Assembly (NCBI GenBank): GCA_964016885.1
Contig: OZ024743.1
Coordinates: forward strand, 133,858,001-133,922,000
Source of the DNA: Eledone cirrhosa
Taxonomy: Eukaryota
DNA length: 64,000 nt
Direction of reading: 5' to 3'
A program made the translations under genes and the position numbers. Below are positions 1-10,339 of the stretch, piece after piece. Positions within the stretch are counted from its first letter, which is position 1. The number at the start of each line of letters is the position of its first letter. Under the pieces are notes generated by a model. That model was not told where the DNA came from and did no database searches. It saw only the letters and a program-made list of their open reading frames with translations.

Positions 1-1410
1 TGGTGCTTGGTGTTTGGTGCTGGGTGCTTGGTGTTTGGTGCTTGGTGCTTGGTGTTTGGTGTTTGGTGCTTGGTGCTTGGTGTTTGGTGTTTGGTCTTAT
101 ATGCTTGGTGTTTGGTGCTTGGTGCTTGGTGTTTGGTGTTTGGTTCTTGATGCTTGGTATTTGGTGCTTGGTGCTTGCTGCTTGGTGTTTGGTGCTTGGT
201 GATTGATGCTTGGTGTTTGGTGCTTGGTGCTTGGTGTTTGGTTTTTGGTGCTAGGTGCTTGGTGCTTGGTGTTTGGTGCTTGGTGTTTGGTGTTTGGTGC
301 TTGGTGCTTGGTGTTTGGTACTTGGTGCTTGGTGCTTGGTGTTTGGTGCTTGGTGCTTGGTGTTTGGTGTTTGGTGTTTGGTGCTTGGTGCTTGGTGTTT
401 GGTGCTTGGTGCTGGGTGGTTGGTGTTTGGTGCTTGGTGCTTGGTGTTTCGTGCTAGGTGCATGGTGCTTGGTGTTTGGTGCTTGGTGCTTGGTGCTTGG
501 TCTTTGGTGTTTGGTGTTTAGTGCTTGGTGCTTGGTGCTTGATTCTTGGTCCTTGGTGTTTGGTGCTTGGTGCTTGGTGTTTGGTGTTTGGTGCTTGGTG
601 CTTGGTGCTTCGTGTTTGGTGTTTGGAGCTTGGTGTCTGGAGCTTGGTGTTTGGTGTTTGGTGCTTGGTGTTTGGTGTTTGGTGCTTGGTGCTTGGTGTT
701 TGGTGCTTGGTGCTTGGTGTTTGTACTTGGTGCTTGGTGCTTGGTGTTTGGTGCTTGGTTCTTGGTGTTTGGTGCTTGGTGTTTGGAGCTTGGTGCTTGG
801 TGTTTGGTGCATGGTGCTTGGTGTTTGTACTTGGTGCTTGGTGCTTGGTGTTTGGTGCTTGGTTCTTGGTGTTTGGTGCTTGGTGCTTGGAGCTTGGTGC
901 TTGGTGTTTGGTGCTTGGTGCTTGGTGTTTGGTGTTTGGTGCTTGGTGCTTGGTGTTTGGTGTTTGGTGCTTGGTGTTTGGTGTTTGGTGTTTTGTGCTT
1001 GGTGCTTGGTGTTTGTTGCTTGGTACTTGGTGCATGGTGTTTGGTGCTGGGTGCTTGGTGTTTTGTGCTTGGTTCTTGGTGTTTGGTGTTTGGTGCTTGG
1101 TACTTGGTGTCTGGAGCTTGGTGTTTGGTGTTTGGTGCTTGGTGTTTGGTGCTTGGTGCTTGGTGTTTGGTGTTTGGTGTTTGATGCTTGGTGTTTTATG
1201 CTTGGTGCTTGGTGTTTGGTGCTTGGTGTTTGTATTTGGTGCTTGGTGCTTGGTGTTTTGTGCTTGGTTCTTGGTGTTTGGTGTTTGGTGCTTGGTACTT
1301 GGTGCTTGGTGTTTGGTGCTTGGTGCTTGGTGTTTGGTGTTTGGTGCCTGGTGCTTGGTGTTTGGTGTTTGGTGCTTGGTGTTTGGTGTTTGGTGCTTGG
1401 TGCTTGGTGT

Positions 1411-4400
1411 TTGTTGCTTGGTACTTGGTGCATGGTGTTTGGTGCTGGGTGCTTGGTGTTTGGTGCTTGGTGTTTGGTGCTTGGTGCTTGGTGTTTGGTG
1501 TTTGGTGTTTGATGCTTGGTGTTTTATGCTTGGTGCTTGGTGTTTGGTGCTTGGTGTTTGTACTCGGTGCTTGGTGCTTGGTGTTTTGTGCTTGGTTCTT
1601 GGGGTTTGGTGTTTGGTGTTTGGTGCTTGTTGCTTGGTGCTTAGTGCTTGGTGTTTGGTGCTTGGTGCTTGGTGTTTGGTGCTGGCTGCTTGGTGTTTGG
1701 TGCTTGGTGCTTGGTGTTTGGTGTTTGGTGCTTGGTGCTTGGTGTTTGGTGTTTGGTGTTATATGCTTGGTGTTTGGTGCTTGGTGCTTGGTGTTTGGTG
1801 TTTGGTTCTTGATGCTTGGTATTTGGTGCTTGGTGCTTGCTGCTTGGTGTTTGGTGCTTGGTGATTGATGCTTGGTGTTTGGTGCTTGGTGCTTGGTGTT
1901 TGGTTTTTGGTGCTAGGTGCTTGGTGCTTGGTGTTTGGTGCTTGCTGTTTGGTGTTTGGTGCTTGGTGCTTGGTGTTTGGTACTTGGTGCTTGGTGCTTG
2001 GTGTTTGTTGCTTGGTGCTTGGTGTTTGGTGTTTGGTGTTTGGTGCTTGGTGCTTGGTGTTTGGTGCTTGGTGCTTGGTGCTGGGTGGTTGGTGTTTGGT
2101 GCTTGGTGCTTGGTGTTTCGTGCTAGGTGCATGGTGCTTGGTGTTTGGTGCTTGGTGCTTGGTGCTTGGTCTTTGGTGTTTGGTGTTTAGTGCTTGGTGC
2201 TTGGTGCTTGGTGCTTGGTCCTTGGTTTTTGGTGCTTGGTGCTTGGTGTTTGGTGTTTGGTGCTTGGTGCTTGGTGCTTCGTGTTTGGTGTTTGGTGCTT
2301 GGTGTCTGGAGCTTGGTGTTTGGTGTTTGGTGCTTGGTGTTTGGTGTTTGGTGCTTGGTGCTTGGTGTTTGGTGCTTGGTGCTTGGTGTTTGTACTTGGT
2401 GCTTGGTGCTTGGTGTTTGGTGCTTGGTTGTTGGTGTTTGGTGCTTGGTGTTTGGAGCTTGGTGCTTGGTGTTTGGTGCTTGGTGCTTGGTGTTTGTACT
2501 TGGTGCTTGGTGCTTGGTGTTTGGTGCTTGGTTCTTGGTGTTTGGTGCTTGGTGTTTGGAGCTTGGTGCTTGGTGTTTGGTGCTTGGTGCTTGGTGTTTG
2601 GTGTTTGGTGCTTGGTGCTTGGTGTTTGATGTTTGCTGCTTGGTGTTTGGTGTTTGGTGCTTGGTGCTTGGTGTTTGTTGCTTGGTACTTGGTGCATGGT
2701 GTTTGGTGCTGGGTGCTTGGTGTTTGGTGCTTGGTGTTTGGTGCTTGGTGCTTGGTGTTTGGTGTTTGGTGTTTGATGCTTGGTGTTTTATGCTTGGTGC
2801 TTGGTGTTTGGTGCTTGGTGTTTGTACTTGGTGCTTGGTGCTTGGTGTTTTGTGCTTGGTTCTTGGTGTTTGGTGTTTGGTGCTTGGTACTTGGTGCTTG
2901 GTGTTAGGTGTTTGGTGCTTGGTGCTTGGTGTTTGGTGTTCGGTCCTTGGTGCTTGGTGCTTGGTGTTTAGTGCTTGGTGCTTGGTGTTTGTTGTTTGGT
3001 GCTTTCTGTTTGCTGCTTGGTGTTTGCTGCTTGGTGCTTGGTGCTTGGTGTTTGGTGTTTGGTGTTTGATGCTTGGTGTTTGGTGCTTGGTGTTTGGTGC
3101 TTGGTGCTTGGGGCTTGGTGTTTGGTGCTTGGTGCTTGGTGCTTGGTGTTTGGTGCTTGGTGCTTGGTGTTTGGTGTTTGGTGTTTGGTGCTTGGTGCTT
3201 GGTGTTTGGTGCTTGGTGCTTGGTGCTGGGTGGTTGGTATTTGGTGATTGGTGCTTGGTGCTTGGTGTTTGGTGCTTGGTGCTTGGTGCTTGGTCTTTGG
3301 TGCTTGGTGTTTGGTGTTTGGTGCTTGGTGCTTTGTGTTTGGTGCTTGGTGATTAGTGTTTGGTGCTTGGTACTTGGTGTTTGTTGCTTGGTACTTGGTG
3401 CATGGTGTTTGGTGCTGGGTGCTTGGTGTTTGGTGCTTGGTGTTTGGTGCTTGGTGCTTGGTGTTTGGTGTTTGGTGTTTGATGCTTGGTGTTTTATGCT
3501 TGGTGCTTGGTGTTTGGTGCTTGGTGTTTGTACTCGGTGCTTGGTGCTTGGTGTTTTGTGCTTGGTTCTTGGGGTTTGGTGTTTGGTGTTTGGTGTTTGG
3601 TGCTTGTTGCTTGGTGCTTGGTGCTTGGTGTTTGGTGCTTGGTGCTTGGTGTTTGGTGCTGGGTGCTTGGTGTTTGGTGCTTGGTGCTTGGTGTTTGGTG
3701 TTTGGTGCTTGGTGCTTGGTGTTTGGTGTTTGGTGTTATATGCTTGGTGTTTGGTGCTTGGTGCTTGGTGTTTGGTGTTTGGTTCTTGATGCTTGGTATT
3801 TGGTGCTTGGTGCTTGCTGCTTGGTGTTTGGTGCTTGGTGATTGATGCTTGGTGTTTGGTGCTTGGTGCTTGGTGTTTGGTTTTTGGTGCTAGGTGCTTG
3901 GTGCTTGGTGTTTGGTGCTTGGTGTTTGGTGTTTGGTGCTTGGTGCTTGGTGTTTGGTACTTGGTGCTTGGTGCTTGGTGTTTGTTGCTTGGTGCTTGGT
4001 GTTTGGTGTTTGGTGTTTGGTGCTTGGTGCTTGGTGTTTGGTGCTTGGTGCTTGGTGCTGGGTGGTTGGTGTTTGGTGCTTGGTGCTTGGTGTTTCGTGC
4101 TAGGTGCATGGTGCTTGGTGTTTGGTGCTTGGTGCTTGGTGCTTGGTCTTTGGTGTTTGGTGTTTAGTGCTTGGTGCTTGGTGCTTGGTGCTTGGTCCTT
4201 GGTTTTTGGTGCTTGGTGCTTGGTGTTTGGTGTTTGGTGCTTGGTGCTTGGTGCTTCGTGTTTGGTGTTTGGTGCTTGGTGTCTGGAGCTTGGTGTTTGG
4301 TGTTTGGTGCTTGGTGTTTGGTGTTTGGTGCTTGGTGCTTGGTGTTTGGTGCTTGGTGCTTGGTGTTTGTACTTGGTGCTTGGTGCTTGGTGTTTGGTGC

Positions 4401-7392
4401 TTGGTTGTTGGTGTTTGGTGCTTGGTGTTTGGAGCTTGGTGCTTGGTGTTTGGTGCTTGGTGCATGGTGTTTGTACTTGGTGCTTGGTGCTTGGTGTTTG
4501 GTGCTTGGTTCTTGGTGTTTGGTGCTTGGTGTTTGGAGCTTGGTGCTTGGTGTTTGGTGCTTGGTGCTTGGTGTTTGGTGTTTGGTGCTTGGTGCTTGGT
4601 GTTTGGTGTTTGGTGCTTGGTGTTTGGTGTTTGGTGCTTGGTGCTTGGTGTTTGTTGCTTGGTACTTGGTGCATGGTGTTTGGTGCTGGGTGCTTGGTGT
4701 TTGGTGCTTGGTGTTTGGTGCTTGGTGCTTGGTGTTTGGTGTTTGGTGTTTGATGCTTGGTGTTTTATGCTTGGTGCTTGGTGTTTGGTGCTTGGTGTTT
4801 GTACTTGGTGCTTGGTGCTTGGTGTTTTGTGCTTGGTTCTTGGTGTTTGGTGTTTGGTGCTTGGTACTTGGTGCTTGGTGTTAGGTGTTTGGTGCTTGGT
4901 GCTTGGTGTTTGGTGTTCGGTCCTTGGTGCTTGGTGCTTGGTGTTTAGTGCTTGGTGCTTGGTGTTTGTTGTTTGGTGCTTTCTGTTTGCTGCTTGGTGT
5001 TTGCTGCTTGGTGCTTGGTGCTTGGTGTTTGGTGTTTGGTGCTAGGTGCTTGGTGTTTGGTGTTTGGTGTTTGATGCTTGGTGTTTGGTGCTTGGTGTTT
5101 GGTGCTTGGTGCTTGGGGCTTGGTGTTTGGTGCTTGGTGCTTGGTGCTTGGTGTTTGGTGCTTGGTGCTTGGTGTTTGGTGTTTGGTGTTTGGTGCTTGG
5201 TGCTTGGTGTTTGGTGCTTGGTGCTTGGTGCTGGGTGGTTGGTATTTGGTGATTGGTGCTTGGTGCTTGGTGTTTGGTGCTTGGTGCTTGGTGCTTGGTC
5301 TTTGGTGCTTGGTGTTTGGTGTTTGGTGCTTGGTGCTTTGTGTTTGGTGCTTGGTGATTAGTGTTTGGTGCTTGGTACTTGGTGTTTGTTGCTTGGTACT
5401 TGGTGCATGGTGTTTGGTGCTGGGTGCTTGGTGTTTGGTGCTTGGTGTTTGGTGCTTGGTGCTTGGTGTTTGGTGTTTGGTGTTTGATGCTTGGTGTTTT
5501 ATGCTTGGTGCTTGGTGTTTGGTGCTTGGTGTTTGTACTCGGTGCTTGGTGCTTGGTGTTTTGTGCTTGGTTCTTGGGGTTTGGTGTTTGGTGTTTGGTG
5601 TTTGGTGCTTGTTGCTTGGTGCTTGGTGCTTGGTGTTTGGTGCTTGGTGCTTGGTGTTTGGTGCTGGGTGCTTGGTGTTTGGTGCTTGGTGCTTGGTGTT
5701 TGGTGTTTGGTGCTTGGTGCTTGGTGTTTGGTGTTTGGTGTTATATGCTTGGTGTTTGGTGCTTGGTGCTTGGTGTTTGGTGTTTGGTTCTTGATGCTTG
5801 GTATTTGGTGCTTGGTGCTTGCTGCTTGGTGTTTGGTGCTTGGTGATTGATGCTTGGTGTTTGGTGCTTGGTGCTTGGTGTTTGGTTTTTGGTGCTAGGT
5901 GCTTGGTGCTTGGTGTTTGGTGCTTGGTGTTTGGTGTTTGGTGCTTGGTGCTTGGTGTTTGGTACTTGGTGCTTGGTGCTTGGTGTTTGTTGCTTGGTGC
6001 TTGGTGTTTGGTGTTTGGTGTTTGGTGCTTGGTGCTTGGTATTTGGTGCTTGGTGCTTGGTGCTGGGTGGTTGGTGTTTGGTGCTTGGTGCTTGGTGTTT
6101 CGTGCTAGGTGCATGGTGCTTGGTGTTTGGTGCTTGGTGCTTGGTGCTTGGTCTTTGGTGTTTGGTGTTTAGTGCTTGGTGCTTGGTGCTTGGTGCTTGG
6201 TCCTTGGTTTTTGGTGCTTGGTGCTTGGTGTTTGGTGTTTGGTGCTTGGTGCTTGGTGCTTCGTGTTTGGTGTTTGGTGCTTGGTGTCTGGAGCTTGGTG
6301 TTTGGTGTTTGGTGCTTGGTGTTTGGTGTTTGGTGCTTGGTGCTTGGTGTTTGGTGCTTGGTGCTTGGTGTTTGTACTTGGTGCTTGGTGCTTGGTGTTT
6401 GGTGCTTGGTTGTTGGTGTTTGGTGCTTGGTGTTTGGAGCTTGGTGCTTGGTGTTTGGTGCTTGGTGCTTGGTGTTTGTACTTGGTGCTTGGTGCTTGGT
6501 GTTTGGTGCTTGGTTCTTGGTGTTTGGTGCTTGGTGTTTGGAGCTTGGTGCTTGGTGTTTGGTGCTTGGTGCTTGGTGTTTGGTGTTTGGTGCTTGGTGC
6601 TTGGTGTTTGGTGTTTGGTGCTTGGTGTTTGGTGCTTGGTGCTTGGTGCTTGGTGTTTGTTGCTTGGTACTTGGTGCATGGTGTTTGGTGCTGGGTGCTT
6701 GGTGTTTGGTGCTTGGTGTTTGGTGCTTGGTGCTTGGTGTTTGGTGTTTGGTGTTTGATGCTTGGTGTTTTATGCTTGGTTCTTGGTGTTTGGTGCTTGG
6801 TGTTTGTACTTGGTGCTTGGTGCTTGGTGTTTTGTGCTTGGTTCTTGGTGTTTGGTGTTTGGTGCTTGGTACTTGGTGCTTGGTGTTAGGTGTTTGGTGC
6901 TTGGTGCTTGGTGTTTGGTGTTCGGTCCTTGGTGCTTGGTGCTTGGTGTTTAGTGCTTGGTGCTTGGTGTTTGTTGTTTGGTGCTTTCTGTTTGCTGCTT
7001 GGTGTTTGCTGCTTGGTGCTTGGTGCTTGGTGTTTGGTGTTTGGTGCTAGGTGCTTGGTGTTTGGTGTTTGGTGTTTGATGCTTGGTGTTTGGTGCTTGG
7101 TGTTTGGTGCTTGGTGCTTGGGGCTTGGTGTTTGGTGCTTGGTGCTTGGTGTTTGGTGTTTGGTGCTTGGTGCTTGGTGTTTGGTGTTTGGTGTTTGGTG
7201 CTTGGTGCTTGGTGTTTGGTGCTTGGTGCTTGGTGCTGGGTGGTTGGTATTTGGTGATTGGTGCTTGGTGCTTGGTGTTTGGTGCTTGGTGCTTGGTGCT
7301 TGGTCTTTGGTGCTTGGTGTTTGGTGTTTGGTGCTTGGTGCTTTGTGTTTGGTGCTTGGTGATTAGTGTTTGGTGCTTGGTACTTGGTGTTT
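1411..7392 (+). repeat. Higher-order repeat of about 2.0 kb, 3 tandem copies (period 1970-2005 bp; 2005 bp = 287 monomers)
   Basis: Matching ORFs are offset by 1977 (1816/3793, 2127/4104, 2780/4757) and 2005 (3356/5361, 3793/5798, 4885/6890, 5078/7083). Marker TTGTACTCGG lies near 1558, 3528 and 5533. 287x7 minus four 6-bp units = 2005. Confidence 0.9.
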
Positions 7393-10320
7393 GGTGCTTG
7401 GTGTTTGGTGTTTGCTGTTTGGTGTTTGGTGTTTGGTGTTTGCTGTTTGGTGTCTGCTTTTTGGTGTTTGGTGTTTGCTGTATGGTGTTTGCTGTTTCGT
7501 GTTTGGTGTTTGCTGTTTGGTGTTTGGTGTTTGCTGTTTGGTGTTTGGTCTTTGGTGCTTGGTCTTTGGTGCTTGGTGCTTGGTGTTTGGTGTTTGGTGC
7601 TTGGTGCTTGGTGCTTGGTGTTTGGTGCTTGGTGTCTGGTGCTTGGTGTCTGGTGCTTGGTGTTTGGTGTTTGGTGTTTGGTGCTTGGTGTTTGGTGTTT
7701 GGTGTTTGGTGTTTGGTGCTTGTTGCTTGGTGCTTGGTGCTTGGTGTTTGGTGCTTGGTGCTTGGTGTTTGGTGTTCGGTCCTTGGTGCTTGGTGCTTGG
7801 TGTTTAGTGCTTGGTGCTTGGTGTTTGTTGTTTGGTGCTTTCTGTTTGCTGCTTGGTGTTTGCTGCTTGGTGCTTGGTGCTTGGTGTTTGGTGTTTGGTG
7901 CTAGGTGCTTGGTGTTTGGTGTTTGGTGTTTGATGCTTGGTGTTTGGTGCTTGGTGTTTGGTGCTTGGTGCTTGGGGCTTGGTGTTTGGTGCTTGGTGCT
8001 TGGTGCTTGGTGTTTGGTGCTTGGTGCTTGGTGTTTGGTGTTTGGTGTTTGGTGCTTGGTGCTTGGTGTTTGGTGCTTGGTGCTTGGTGCTGGGTGGTTG
8101 GTATTTGGTGATTGGTGCTTGGTGCTTGGTGTTTGGTGCTTGGTGCTTGGTGCTTGGTCTTTGGTGCTTGGTGTTTGGTGTTTGGTGCTTGGTGCTTTGT
8201 GTTTGGTGCTTGGTGATTAGTGTTTGGTGCTTGGTACTTGGTGTTTGTTGCTTGGTACTTGGTGCATGGTGTTTGGTGCTGGGTGCTTGGTGTTTGGTGC
8301 TTGGTGTTTGGTGCTTGGTGCTTGGTGTTTGGTGTTTGGTGTTTGATGCTTGGTGTTTTATGCTTGGTGCTTGGTGTTTGGTGCTTGGTGTTTGTACTCG
8401 GTGCTTGGTGCTTGGTGTTTTGTGCTTGGTTCTTGGGGTTTGGTGTTTGGTGTTTGGTGTTTGGTGCTTGTTGCTTGGTGCTTGGTGCTTGGTGTTTGGT
8501 GCTTGGTGCTTGGTGTTTGGTGCTGGGTGCTTGGTGTTTGGTGCTTGGTGCTTGGTGTTTGGTGTTTGGTGCTTGGTGCTTGGTGTTTGGTGTTTGGTTC
8601 TTGATGCTTGGTATTTGGTGCTTGGTGCTTGCTGCTTGGTGTTTGGTGCTTGGTGATTGATGCTTGGTGTTTGGTGCTTGGTGCTTGGTGTTTGGTTTTT
8701 GGTGCTAGGTGCTTGGTGCTTGGTGTTTGGTGCTTGGTGTTTGGTGTTTGGTGCTTGGTGCTTGGTGTTTGGTACTTGGTGCTTGGTGCTTGGTGTTTGT
8801 TGCTTGGTGCTTGGTGTTTGGTGTTTGGTGTTTGGTGCTTGGTGCTTGGTGTTTGGTGCTTGGTGCTTGGTGCTGGGTGGTTGGTGTTTGGTGCTTGGTG
8901 CTTGGTGTTTCGTGCTAGGTGCATGGTGCTTGGTGTTTGGTGCTTGGTGCTTGGTGCTTGGTATTTGGTGTTTGGTGTTTAGTGCTTGGTGCTTGGTGCT
9001 TGGTGCTTGGTCCTTGGTTTTTGGTGCTTGGTGCTTGGTGTTTGGTGTTTGGTGCTTGGTGCTTGGTGCTTCGTGTTTGGTGTTTGGTGCTTGGTGTCTG
9101 GAGCTTGGTGTTTGGTGTTTGGTGCTTGGTGTTTGGTGTTTGGTGCTTGGTGCTTGGTGTTTGGTGCTTGGTGCTTGGTGTTTGTACTTGGTGCTTGGTG
9201 CTTGGTGTTTGGTGCTTGGTTGTTGGTGTTTGGTGCTTGGTGTTTGGAGCTTGGTGCTTGGTGTTTGGTGCTTGGTGCTTGGTGTTTGTACTTGGTGCTT
9301 GGTGCTTGGTGTTTGGTGCTTGGTTCTTGGTGTTTGGTGCTTGGTGTTTGGAGCTTGGTGCTTGGTGTTTGGTGCTTGATGCTTGGTGTTTGGTGTTTGG
9401 TGCTTGGTGCTTGGTGTTTGGTGTTTGGTGCTTGGTGTTTGGTGTTTGGTGCTTGGTGCTTGGTGTTTGTTGCTTGGTACTTGGTGCATGGTGTTTGGTG
9501 CTGGGTGCTTGGTGTTTGGTGCTTGGTGTTTGGTGCTTGGTGCTTGGTGTTTGGTGTTTGGTGTTTGATGCTTGGTGTTTTATGCTTGGTTCTTGGTGTT
9601 TGGTGCTTGGTGTTTGTACTTGGTGCTTGGTGCTTGGTGTTTTGTGCTTGGTTCTTGGTGTTTGGTGTTTGGTGCTTGGTACTTGGTGCTTGGTGTTAGG
9701 TGTTTGGTGCTTGGTGCTTGGTGTTTGGTGTTCGGTCCTTGGTGCTTGGTGCTTGGTGTTTAGTGCTTGGTGCTTGGTGTTTGTTGTTTGGTGCTTTCTG
9801 TTTGCTGCTTGGTGTTTGCTGCTTGGTGCTTGGTGCTTGGTGTTTGGTGTTTGGTGCTAGGTGCTTGGTGTTTGGTGTTTGGTGTTTGATGCTTGGTGTT
9901 TGGTGCTTGGTGTTTGGTGCTTGGTGCTTGGGGCTTGGTGTTTGGTGCTTGGTGCTTGGTGCTTGGTGTTTGGTGCTTGGTGCTTGGTGTTTGGTGTTTG
10001 GTGTTTGGTGCTTGGTGCTTGGTGTTTGGTGCTTGGTGCTTGGTGCTGGGTGGTTGGTATTTGGTGATTGGTGCTTGGTGCTTGGTGTTTGGTGCTTGGT
10101 GCTTGGTACTTGGTCTTTGGTGCTTGGTGTTTGGTGTTTGGTGCTTGGTGCTTTGTGTTTGGTGCTTGGTGATTAGTGTTTGGTGCTTGGTACTTGGTGT
10201 TTGGTGCTTGGTGTTTGGTGTTTGCTGTTTGGTGTTTGGTGTTTGGTGTTTGCTGTTTGGTGTCTGCTTTTTGGTGTTTGGTGTTTGCTGTATGGTGTTT
10301 GCTGTTTCGTGTTTGGTGCT
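5780..10320 (+). repeat. Duplication with 2810-bp period, derived from the 2005-bp unit by an 854-bp gain and a 49-bp loss
   Basis: ORF offsets 5798/8608, 6109/8919, 6890/9700 and 7366/10176 are all 2810. Internal 854-bp offset at 7051/7905 and 7083/7937. The private variant TTTATGCTTGGTTC is shared near 6770 and 9580. Confidence 0.85.
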
Positions 10321-10339
10321 TGGTGTTTGGTGTTTGGTG

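Noticed and set aside
411-425. GCTGGGTGG resembling the E. coli Chi site (GCTGGTGG)
   Set aside because: It is not an exact match and arises from two substitutions in adjacent monomers. Nothing suggests a bacterial context.
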